Of a stretch of 32,000 nt of DNA, positions 24,276-32,000 are shown piece by piece. Position 1 is the first letter of the stretch, and the number at the start of each line of letters is the position of its first letter. The stretch is taken from positions 7,860,001 through 7,892,000 of the forward strand of contig NC_010628.1 of NCBI RefSeq assembly GCF_000020025.1, given 5' to 3'. Below the pieces are notes generated by a model. That model saw nothing but the letters and a program-made list of their open reading frames with translations, did no database searches and was not told where the DNA came from. The DNA comes from Nostoc punctiforme PCC 73102. GTDB lineage: Bacteria; Cyanobacteriota; Cyanobacteriia; Cyanobacteriales; Nostocaceae. The translations under genes and the position numbers were made by a program.

Positions 24276-25556
24276 ATGTTTAAGATATTTAAGGGCTTTT
24301 ACAAAGCTAAGAAGACCCGCACAGTACCGTTGCTGGAAATATTGACAATGGCGGCAGAGACTCTGTGGAGTAACAAATTACGCACAGGTTTAACGATGTT
24401 GGGCGTGATTATTGGGATTTCTTCAGTCATTGCCATTACTTCTGTTGGTCAGGGAGTGCAAAAGGGCGTAGAGCAACAGATCCAAGCATTGGGTACAGAT
24501 GTGATCCAAATCTTAGCGGGTGCTGCAAGAAGCGGGAATGTCCGTCAAGGAGTAGGTTCTAGCAGCACCTTGACCTGGGAAGATGCAAAAGCGATCGCTA
24601 CACAAGCGCCATCAGCACAGATGGTTTCTGCTTATCTCCAACGGACTGCCCAAGTTGTGTATGCAGGACAGAACACCTCAACAACCATTTATGGCACAGA
24701 TTTAAATTATCCAGAAGTCAGAAATACTCACCCCCAGCAAGGGAGATATTTTACTCAAGAAGAACTAGATACTGTCGCACAGGTAGCTATTCTTGGCCCT
24801 ACAGTTCAAACCACGCTCTTTGGACAGGGTGTAAATCCTATCGGCGAGAAAATTCGCATTCAGGGAGAGGCTTATCAAGTGATTGGGGTGATGGAACCTA
24901 AAGGCTCTCAGGGGCCGATGGATCGAGATGACCAGGTTTTCATTCCTCTAACTAGTATGTCGAAGAGACTAGTAGGGAACAATGCTTTGGTAGGCGTTTC
25001 TGTAAATGGAATTTTAGTCAAAGGCGCTAATCAGGAGCAGTTAGAAGCTGCTCAGTTTCAAGTTACCAATCTCTTACGTCTGCGTCACAATATTTATCCG
25101 CCACAAGCTGATGATTTTCGGCTGACTAATCAAGCTGATATTGTTAGTACTTTTACTAGTGTTGTAGGCTTATTTACAGTAATGGTAGTAGCGATCGCTG
25201 GTATTTCGTTAGTGGTTGGTGGAATTGGTATTGCCAACATTATGCTAGTTTCCGTAGTTGAGCGGACGCGAGAGATCGGGATTCGTAAAGCTGTAGGAGC
25301 CACGAATTCGGCAATCCTTAATCAATTTTTAGCTGAAGCGATCGTAATTTCCATTGTCGGCGGAGGTATTGGGATGGCCACTGGGATTTTATTAGCCTTT
25401 ATAGCTTCAAGCATTTTCAAATTTCCCTTTATCATTTCTTTCTTGTCGATTATTGCTGGATTTGTACTCTCATTGAGTGTTGGCTTAGTTGCTGGGGTAA
25501 TTCCAGCACGAAACGCATCTAAATTAGATCCAATTAATGCTTTAAGAAGCGACTAA
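24276..25556 (+). CDS. ABC transporter permease, MacB/DevC (FtsX-like) type
   Basis: 426 aa. It has the N-terminal TM (NKLRTGLTMLGVIIGISSVIA), a large periplasmic domain, and a C-terminal FtsX segment (GGIGIANIMLVSVVERTREIGIRKAVGA...PARNASKLDPINALR). Confidence 0.9.
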   Translation: MFKIFKGFYKAKKTRTVPLLEILTMAAETLWSNKLRTGLTMLGVIIGISSVIAITSVGQGVQKGVEQQIQALGTDVIQILAGAARSGNVRQGVGSSSTLTWEDAKAIATQAPSAQMVSAYLQRTAQVVYAGQNTSTTIYGTDLNYPEVRNTHPQQGRYFTQEELDTVAQVAILGPTVQTTLFGQGVNPIGEKIRIQGEAYQVIGVMEPKGSQGPMDRDDQVFIPLTSMSKRLVGNNALVGVSVNGILVKGANQEQLEAAQFQVTNLLRLRHNIYPPQADDFRLTNQADIVSTFTSVVGLFTVMVVAIAGISLVVGGIGIANIMLVSVVERTREIGIRKAVGATNSAILNQFLAEAIVISIVGGGIGMATGILLAFIASSIFKFPFIISFLSIIAGFVLSLSVGLVAGVIPARNASKLDPINALRSD

Positions 25557-25557
25557 A

Positions 25558-25577
25558 TAATTCGTAATTCGTAATTC
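25558..25577. repeat. Heptamer tandem repeat TAATTCG x2.9 (STRR-like) between the permease and ATPase genes
   Basis: taattcg taattcg taattc fills almost the whole 23-nt intergenic spacer. Confidence 0.75.
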
Positions 25578-25579
25578 TT

Positions 25580-26251
25580 ATGCCAACAATGATTTGGATG
25601 GAATCTATTACTAAAACTTACCACTTGGGAGAAGTTAGTGTTCCAATACTTAAGGGAATTCAACTCTCTATTGAGGAAGGGGAATATGTCTCGATTATGG
25701 GTGCGTCAGGTTCGGGTAAATCCACGCTGATGAATATTTTGGGATGTCTGGATCGTCCAACAACTGGAGACTATATTTTTGAAGGCAGAAACCTGACGAC
25801 TTTTGATGATGATGAATTAGCGTATATTCGCAACCAAAGAATAGGTTTTGTTTTTCAACAATTTAACCTCTTGGCGAGGGCAACAGCACTGGAAAACGTT
25901 ATGTTACCGATGGTTTACGCTAACTTACCCAAGCCAAAACGCCGTGAAAGGGCATTAGAAGCCCTGGAAAAAGTAGGATTACAGGGACGCATAGCTAACC
26001 GTCCTAGTCAACTATCTGGGGGACAACAACAACGCGTAGCGATCGCTCGTGCTTTAGTCAACCGACCTGCATTAGTTTTGGCAGATGAGCCAACAGGAGC
26101 TTTAGATACTGAAACTTCTTATGAGGTGATGAATTTGCTGACAGAACTTAATGACCAAGGAATCACAATTGTAATTGTCACTCATGAACCAGATATCGCT
26201 GCTCAAACAAAAAGGATTATTCGAGTTCAGGATGGCTTGATTGTTGGCTAA
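25580..26251 (+). CDS. ABC transporter ATP-binding protein, MacB/DevA/LolD type
   Basis: Walker [11 protein letters not shown]-loop FVFQQFNLL, signature [15 protein letters not shown], Walker [13 protein letters not shown], and H-loop VTHE. Confidence 0.93.
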   Translation: MPTMIWMESITKTYHLGEVSVPILKGIQLSIEEGEYVSIMGASGSGKSTLMNILGCLDRPTTGDYIFEGRNLTTFDDDELAYIRNQRIGFVFQQFNLLARATALENVMLPMVYANLPKPKRRERALEALEKVGLQGRIANRPSQLSGGQQQRVAIARALVNRPALVLADEPTGALDTETSYEVMNLLTELNDQGITIVIVTHEPDIAAQTKRIIRVQDGLIVG

Positions 26252-26367
26252 TTTGTTAATATCAACTCTTAGAGGAGGAATTTAAAATTTAAATTTCTAT
26301 AGGTCAATCAGGATAAAAACTTTTGATTGTATCCTCAAAAAGCCTAATTAATGACTACATCTAAATT

Positions 26368-27780
26368 ATGAATTTTAGCTTATTATTTGTGCATTCTACC
26401 TGGGTTGGTGTTGGGTTTGCGATTCTTTTTCCAGCTTTAGCAAGTGCAGTAACTCCGCCAAAACCGCAGAATAACTCAAGCTCTGTGCAGGTTCCTGATT
26501 ACCTCAACCCTAATCCCAATCCTCTGCAATTTCCTACTAAACCCCAGGAAGTAAGGATTCAGGGAACTGTGCCAATCACTTTGGCACAAGCTTTGGAACT
26601 AGCACGACGCAATAATCGAGATTTACAGGTAGCAATATTACAGCTAGAACGCAGTCGTTCAGCCCTACGCGAATCTCAAGCTGCCTTATTTCCTACTTTG
26701 GGAATCAACAGTAATTTGACTAATAGTGGTAATGGTTTTACTAATAATTCATCTCAATCCAGCACCTCTTTTAATGGTTCAGCACAACTAAATTACAACC
26801 TCTACACCTCCGGTAATCGACAAGGGGCAATCCAAGCAGCTGAAGAACAATTACGTGTAGATGAATTGAATGTTGAAAGTCAGTCTTTGACAATTAGGTT
26901 GAATGCCACGACTCAATACTACGATTTGCAACAAGCAGATGAACAAGTAAGAATTAACCGAGCTGCTGTGGAGAATGCCCAAGCTAGTTTACGGGATACT
27001 CAAGCCAGAGAACAGGCGGGAGTAGGTACGCGGTTCGATGTGCTGCAAGCTCAGGTGAATTTAGCAAACGCCCAACAACAACTGACAAATGCTATCTCGC
27101 AGCAGCAAATTGCCCGTCGTCAGCTTGCCACTACGTTAAGTTTGTCGCAGTCAGTTGATATCAGTACCGCAGATCCTGTACAGTTAGCCGGTCTTTGGTC
27201 GCAGACGGTAGAACAAAGTATTGTCCAAGCGTTTCAAAATCGTCCAGAATTGCAACAGCAATTAGCACAACGTAACATTAGTGAGCAACAGCGACGGCAA
27301 GCACTTTCACAGTTAGGGCCGCAAATTAGTTTGGCCGGTAACTACAACTTGCTAGATCGTTATGATGATGGTGTCAGCATTACTGATGGCTATTCAGTAG
27401 GGCTCCAAGGAAATCTCACTTTGTTTGATGGAGGAGCAGCAAGAGCAAGGGCAGCTCAGTCGAGAACAAATATTGCGATCGCAGAGAGTCAATTTGCCAC
27501 CCAGCGTGACCAAATTCGCTTTGATGTAGAACAATTCTATTCTCAATTGCAATCTAATTTAAATAATGTGCAGACTTCTAGTGTGGCTTTAAATCAAGCC
27601 AGGGAAGCTCTAAATTTAGCAAGGCTGAGGTTCCAAGCTGGTGTGGGCACTCAAACAGAGGTGATCTCTGCTGAAAATGACCTGACAAGAGCAGAAGGTA
27701 ATCGAGTCACAGCTATTTTGGATTACAATCGCGCTTTAGCTAATTTGCAAAGATCGGTTACTTCTAGAGGATCGCGCTAA
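26368..27780 (+). CDS. TolC-family outer membrane factor (HgdD-like)
   Basis: There is a signal peptide and a Pro/Asn-rich N-terminal extension. Two repeats of the OEP pattern follow (LTLAQALELARRNNRDLQ...; RAEGNRVTAILDYNRALANLQRS). Confidence 0.9.
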   Translation: MNFSLLFVHSTWVGVGFAILFPALASAVTPPKPQNNSSSVQVPDYLNPNPNPLQFPTKPQEVRIQGTVPITLAQALELARRNNRDLQVAILQLERSRSALRESQAALFPTLGINSNLTNSGNGFTNNSSQSSTSFNGSAQLNYNLYTSGNRQGAIQAAEEQLRVDELNVESQSLTIRLNATTQYYDLQQADEQVRINRAAVENAQASLRDTQAREQAGVGTRFDVLQAQVNLANAQQQLTNAISQQQIARRQLATTLSLSQSVDISTADPVQLAGLWSQTVEQSIVQAFQNRPELQQQLAQRNISEQQRRQALSQLGPQISLAGNYNLLDRYDDGVSITDGYSVGLQGNLTLFDGGAARARAAQSRTNIAIAESQFATQRDQIRFDVEQFYSQLQSNLNNVQTSSVALNQAREALNLARLRFQAGVGTQTEVISAENDLTRAEGNRVTAILDYNRALANLQRSVTSRGSR

Positions 27781-27784
27781 GATC

Positions 27785-27805
27785 GGCCCCTTTGGGGCTT
27801 CTATT
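27785..27805 (+). terminator. Hairpin after the TolC gene (probable end of the exporter transcription unit)
   Basis: GGCCCC-ttt-GGGGCT followed by tctattcg. It starts 5 nt after the stop codon. The T-tract is weak. Confidence 0.45.
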
Positions 27806-27852
27806 CGTGGATAGGATTATATCATTACAACTTCATAGAGAATTGGTATTAG
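27798..27852 (-). repeat. Direct-repeat copy A (cupin-distal) carrying an extended -10 consensus on the minus strand
   Basis: The minus strand reads ctaataccaattctc...aaTGATATAATcctatccacgaatagaag, and the hairpin at 27785-27799 follows. It shares a ~30-nt core and a 14-nt distal block with copy B. Confidence 0.6.
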
Positions 27853-27900
27853 CCACGGACAGAATGCTGGAGTTTCCATTAAGGAAATGCATTCTACCTA

Positions 27901-28383
27901 TTATGCCTTCTTACCTGCTACTGGTTCAGCTATATTTTCCATATCGACCAGATTCCATTTTAAACCTTTACTCCTATATATACGTTTCTGCAAATTTGGA
28001 TAGTCACCGATATCATGGTCTAGCCTTTGACCAACTACTATACATTTGAATATAGAATTGCCCGTGTTTGTCAGCTTATGCGGCTTACCACCAGCGCGAT
28101 ATCCAATAAAATCTCCTGCTTTAACTGGATAAATGCTTTCTCCAATTGTTGCCTCAGCTTCTCCCTCAAGAACGTATACGCACTCTTCTTCGTGATAGTG
28201 CATATGAAGCTCCGTTGATTCACGTCCAGGCTCTACTTCAATGATGTGGAAACCGATATTTTTTAAACCTGTCAAATCTCCTAAAGACTTATTCAGTCTG
28301 CGAGCATTGGAGTTGAGAAAATGTGTTTTTTCTAGTCCTTCATAAGACTCAATCTCTTCTTTGGTGACTAAATACTTTTCCAT
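27901..28383 (-). CDS. Cupin-domain protein
   Basis: Cupin motifs G(x)HIIEVEPG..STELHMHYHEEECVYVLEG and PVKAGDFIGY.AGG.PHKLTN are present. I prefer ATG 28383 (MEKYLVTKEE...); the ORF track extends to 28428. Confidence 0.85.
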   Translation of the reverse strand: MEKYLVTKEEIESYEGLEKTHFLNSNARRLNKSLGDLTGLKNIGFHIIEVEPGRESTELHMHYHEEECVYVLEGEAEATIGESIYPVKAGDFIGYRAGGKPHKLTNTGNSIFKCIVVGQRLDHDIGDYPNLQKRIYRSKGLKWNLVDMENIAEPVAGKKA

Positions 28384-28515
28384 TTCTCGATACCAAGGTG
28401 CTAAGAAAATTTGATGGAGAACAAGCAAAGGGCCTAAAGATGAATTAAGACGGAAGTTAAAATAGTTTCAAGGGCTCCATCTCAGCAGAAGCGATGCCTA
28501 CGGCGGTAAACTACG

Positions 28516-28585
28516 CTTCTACTTGTGGATGGGATTATATCATCACCTCCTTATTAAGTGCAAGTTAATAAAGAATTGGTATCAG
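28516..28585 (-). promoter_or_regulatory. Direct-repeat copy B: candidate cupin promoter (TTGCAC-N18-TGnTATAAT on the minus strand)
   Basis: The minus strand reads ctgataccaattctt...TTGCACttaataaggaggtgaTGATATAATcccatccacaagtagaag. The -10 corresponds to plus 28534-28539 and the -35 to plus 28558-28563. A 7-bp-stem hairpin (28487-28520) follows immediately in the predicted ~140-nt leader. Confidence 0.5.
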
Positions 28586-28612
28586 TCGTAATCTAGCTAA
28601 AGCTGAGAACGC

Positions 28613-30874
28613 CTATGGCGTAGTAATTACTGCTACTGGGCAATGGGCTTTACTTAATATTGCATCCACTCTGTGACCAAAGAAAACGCGACCCGTAACC
28701 ATTCGGATACTACTCCCTAAAATAATTAGGTCAACTTCTTGGGTTTGGGCAAACTTGAGGATTTCCCTTTCTGGGCTGCTTCCTTGAAGAATATATGTTT
28801 TGACATCAGCACCTAGATTGCGGCCAATTGCTGCTTGCTGTTCAAGCAGATCGTGAGCAATTTCCTTCACTGGAGTTAGCGATCGCTGTTCGTATAGAAT
28901 ATATTCAACTTGTGGCAAATTAATCACGTTCACGATCATCACTAATGCTCCCGTTTGAGCAGCGATCGTACTTGCCATCTCTACAGCATTTTTGCTATAT
29001 TCTGTGCCCACCGTTGGTACCAGAATCTTTGTCAGCTTTTGTTGAGCAATTTTGCATATCTTGCCTTTAGCTTGGGGTAGGTGCGACTTTACTACCATCG
29101 TTGCACATGGCGCTTCTTGTACTACTCGATCTACAAGCAAATTGAACAATGTTTTCTGAGGACGTATCTGTTCAGAAGCTCCCAATACGATCAAGTCATA
29201 GTTTTTGTTCGCTTCATTCAAAATTACCTCCGCTTTACTACGCCCAGACTCCATTTTTGTTTGCAGGGTCGTATCATCAGGTAGCTGCATTTCCTCAGCA
29301 ACAGAAGCCAGAGCTTCCTCGGCGGCGGTATCTTTAACCTGGGTCGCTGCCCGGCGGCCTTTCTTTTGAGGCTGCTTGTCACTCAGGGCATATAGAGATG
29401 TGACTTCTATCGAGTTTTGGTGAGCCATGTAGCCCACTAGTTGCGCTGCAAGTTGGATGTTAGGACCACCGCTAGTAGGTATTAAGACACGCTGGATCTG
29501 TTTGATAAAGCTACGGCTATCCTGTTCCTCTTGTTCCAAACGTCGAGCTTCCTCTTCACTCATCACCACTTTTGATAAAGTCCAGCGCAGAAGGGGTGGA
29601 GCCATTAAGGAAGTGACGATCGCCACCATGACAATAATCGAGTACATCTGGGGATTCAGCACTCCCAAAGATAAACCAATCGTGGCAACGACAATTTCCA
29701 TCGCCCCGCGAGCATTCATCCCGGAACCCATCGCTAAACCTTCCCAATGACTCAAGCCACCGACACGAGAACCAAGGTAAGCACCTGTAAATTTACCAAC
29801 ACAGGCGACAGCGAGAACAATCAAGCCAAATAGCAGTGTTTGAGGGACTAAAAGAGCTAGCAAATTAACTTTCAAGCCAGCTGAAGCAAAGAAAATTGGC
29901 GCTAGAAAGCTTGCTGTGAAAACTTCTAGCATGTGTCCAGCTTCATTGCTAAAGCGGCGGGATTGACCGGCCAGAATCCCCAGCACGAAAGCACCTAATG
30001 CTGCTTCTAGACCTAATGCATGGGTAAGCGCTGCTGCGGCGAGCGAAAGAATCAGCACAACCGACATACTAGCAGCGATTCCACCAACATAGTCATCAAC
30101 CCAGCGCAAAATCTGGTCTACGATGGTACGCCCAATTGTGAAAGCGATCGCTAGAAATAATATAGCCGCACTCACGGAATGGAAAATTGTCCCAAGGTCA
30201 AACTTGCCGCTACTAGCTAGACCTGAAACCACAGAAAGTAAAATCCAGCCGATAGTATCGTCAGTCATCCCAGCGGCTAAGGTAACTTGACCAATATCAC
30301 GGCGAATCAGGTTTAAGTCCATCAGCACCTTAGCAATTACTGGTACTGCCGAAATACTCATTGCTGTGGCTATGAACAGACTGAATACTAGTCGCTTTTC
30401 TGGGTCGGCTAAAAAATTATCTGGCAATAGCCAACCTAATCCAAAGCCGGTGATAAACGGGATAATGATTCCGCCTAGTGAAATCAGCAGAGCTGTTTTA
30501 CCCTTACGAAGAATCAGCTTGAGATCCGTCTCCAACCCAGTCACAATCAGCAAAAATAACACGCCTAGCCAAGAAATCACCGAAAGTAAATTAGATTGTT
30601 CTTGACTTTTAGGAAAGATGTGCGCCTGTAAGTCTGGAAGGAGCAAACCAAATAGAGAAGGGCCAAGCAGCACACCTGCCAGTAATTCCCCAACAACAGG
30701 CGGTAGGTTAATCCGGCGCATCAACTCACCTAATCCCCGCGCTACCAGAAGCAACAATGACAGTTGCACCAGCACCAACAGCAGCTCATGATGACCGAGA
30801 GGTTTAATTAAACCGTCACCTGCTGCTTTCTGTGCAGCGAGTACAGGGACTAACATCAGGGACAGGTTTTGCAT
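28613..30874 (-). CDS. Cation:proton antiporter (CPA2/Kef-type membrane domain) fused to two universal-stress-protein (USP) domains
   Basis: 753 aa. A ~430-aa polytopic domain (VVGELLAGVLLGPSLFG, typical Na_H_Exchanger helices) is followed by two USP-like modules (RVLIPTSGGPN...DLIVLGAS and KILVPTVGTEYS...DLIILGSS...HCPVAVI). Confidence 0.9.
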   Translation of the reverse strand: MQNLSLMLVPVLAAQKAAGDGLIKPLGHHELLLVLVQLSLLLLVARGLGELMRRINLPPVVGELLAGVLLGPSLFGLLLPDLQAHIFPKSQEQSNLLSVISWLGVLFLLIVTGLETDLKLILRKGKTALLISLGGIIIPFITGFGLGWLLPDNFLADPEKRLVFSLFIATAMSISAVPVIAKVLMDLNLIRRDIGQVTLAAGMTDDTIGWILLSVVSGLASSGKFDLGTIFHSVSAAILFLAIAFTIGRTIVDQILRWVDDYVGGIAASMSVVLILSLAAAALTHALGLEAALGAFVLGILAGQSRRFSNEAGHMLEVFTASFLAPIFFASAGLKVNLLALLVPQTLLFGLIVLAVACVGKFTGAYLGSRVGGLSHWEGLAMGSGMNARGAMEIVVATIGLSLGVLNPQMYSIIVMVAIVTSLMAPPLLRWTLSKVVMSEEEARRLEQEEQDSRSFIKQIQRVLIPTSGGPNIQLAAQLVGYMAHQNSIEVTSLYALSDKQPQKKGRRAATQVKDTAAEEALASVAEEMQLPDDTTLQTKMESGRSKAEVILNEANKNYDLIVLGASEQIRPQKTLFNLLVDRVVQEAPCATMVVKSHLPQAKGKICKIAQQKLTKILVPTVGTEYSKNAVEMASTIAAQTGALVMIVNVINLPQVEYILYEQRSLTPVKEIAHDLLEQQAAIGRNLGADVKTYILQGSSPEREILKFAQTQEVDLIILGSSIRMVTGRVFFGHRVDAILSKAHCPVAVITTP

Positions 30875-31038
30875 ATAAAGGTTGGATTACAAATTTTTCA
30901 AGGGGCTGTTCAAGTAAATCCTGAAAATGTTTACTTCCACATCGGTCTAGAAGCTTAAAATGTCATTGTCATTATTAACCGCAAGATTATTATGCGCGAT
31001 CGCTCCAAGCTGTAAGTTCAGCTGCAAAGCTCATCAAC

Positions 31039-31856
31039 TTATTTTCGAGCGCGAACAAATAACTTTGTAGTGTCTTCCCAAATACCTTGCTCGGTTGCTA
31101 GTTTCTCAATTTCTGCTTTGTACTCAACTTGCAACTGATTTAATTGTTCTTGTGATAATTTTGACAACAGGGGATTACCTTTAAAATTTATATTAATTGC
31201 TATCTCAGATAATCTGTTATCCCTAAGAGGGCGATAACGTCCTGATGGTTCAATCTTAATTTCTATATCTCTAAAACCTGCCTGATTAAGCAAATTTCGA
31301 CATTTTTCTGGAGTTCCCAGTGGTTCAAGTATATGTGGTAGCGATACGCCTAAAACTCTAGCGCAGATCCTCTGCTGAAGAGAGGCCATAAAAGCAGTTT
31401 CGGGAGGACAGGTGAATGCCACAAAGCCTCCGGGTTTCAAGAAGCGATACCACTTTTTCAAAATAGCAAGTATATCAGGAACAAGTACAATTGCCTCACA
31501 GCAAAAGACAACATCAAAACTACTCTCACTAAAGTTGAAATATTCTACATCCGCCTCAATCAACTCGATATTTTGTAATTTTGCCGCTGCAATTTTAATT
31601 CTTGCTTGATGCAACATTCCAGGGGTCATGTCAATCCCAATTACATAGCCCTCTGAACCAACTTTTTCAGCTGCGGGTATCGCAACTAAACCTGTTCCAG
31701 TTGCCACATCAAGAATTTTTGTCCCGAATGTAGTGGAACAAATTCAAGTAAAATCTTGGCTTCTAGAGGATGACGAGTACCTTCTTCATGGTCATAAGTC
31801 GTTCTATTACCATAGAATTCTTTTAGTTGCTGCTTATAGCTATCTAGATCAGTCAT
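31039..31856 (-). pseudogene. Class I SAM-dependent methyltransferase interrupted by a 1-nt frameshift in a homopolymer
   Basis: The ORF track covers 31039..31707 from an internal GTG. The missing N-terminus (MTDLDSYKQQLKEFYGNRTTYDHEEGTRHPLEAKILLEFVPLHSGQK) is open from ATG 31856 in another frame. The frames meet at T5 (31716-31720). One extra base there would give ...GQKILDVATGTGLV, the SAM-binding motif I. Confidence 0.75.
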
Positions 31857-31949
31857 AACCAAATGCTAAATTTTCTCCACTTTATAGTAACTTTTGTTGT
31901 GATATTAAGTTGCTCGCTGCTGAACCCAACCCTGACAGCACAAGCCGCT

Positions 31950-32000
31950 ACTGGTGCGATGTCTACGATAGTCACTGAGCCTGTCCTGAGCGTAGCCGTT
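31950..32000. repeat. Fragment of a dispersed GC-rich repeat at the window edge
   Basis: gtgcgatgtctacgatagtc resembles aagcgatgcctacggcggta at 28489-28508. gagcctgtcctgagcgtagcc is of the same compositional class as the island at 12781-12950. The element is truncated by the window end. Confidence 0.35.

Noticed and set aside
27792-28049. 85-aa plus-strand ORF downstream of the TolC gene
   Set aside because: It runs through direct-repeat copy A and antisense into the cupin gene. It has no RBS and no recognisable domain.

Overview
This window looks like chromosomal DNA from a filamentous, heterocyst-forming cyanobacterium (Nostoc/Anabaena type). Evidence: many GCGATCGC (HIP1) octamers, heptamer tandem repeats (STRR-like) at several gene junctions, and the gene content. 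I support about 27 protein-coding genes. They are: a two-component cluster (partial histidine kinase, Rcp1-like receiver, REC-PAS-PAS-HK-REC hybrid kinase); a secreted hypothetical protein; ychF; a small proline-rich ORF; yidD; a phytol/polyprenol kinase; a Ser/Thr kinase with WG repeats placed divergently from an Uma2 nuclease; miaA; gyrB; a 1.7 kb ORF-poor gap; sigA; an HLIP gene; a GNAT gene tightly coupled to a gyrA-family gene; a single-domain response regulator; a TPR protein; a co-directional block of TetR, a secreted tandem-repeat protein, a membrane-fusion protein, an FtsX-type permease, an ABC ATPase and TolC; a cupin; a CPA2 antiporter fused to two USP domains; and a frameshifted SAM methyltransferase. 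I recognised no rRNA, tRNA, CRISPR array, transposase or integrase. Most of the window is housekeeping. The points most worth a second look are: (1) the TetR-gated exporter block that carries its own TolC and an unrecognised secreted repeat protein, with paired ATGAC-N4-GTCAT operator-like sites upstream; (2) a pair of direct repeats bracketing the cupin gene, each with an extended -10 consensus on the minus strand followed by a hairpin; (3) the ORF-poor gap upstream of sigA, which holds a GC-rich repeat island, a 48-codon ORF with an SD-like sequence, and an intrinsic terminator pointing the wrong way; (4) a gyrA-family gene with Gln at the Ser83-equivalent position and a degenerate GyrA box, followed 9 nt later by a GNAT whose C-terminus is out of frame; (5) a second frameshift, at a homopolymer, in the methyltransferase. 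Every family assignment comes from motif recognition by eye. No database search was run.
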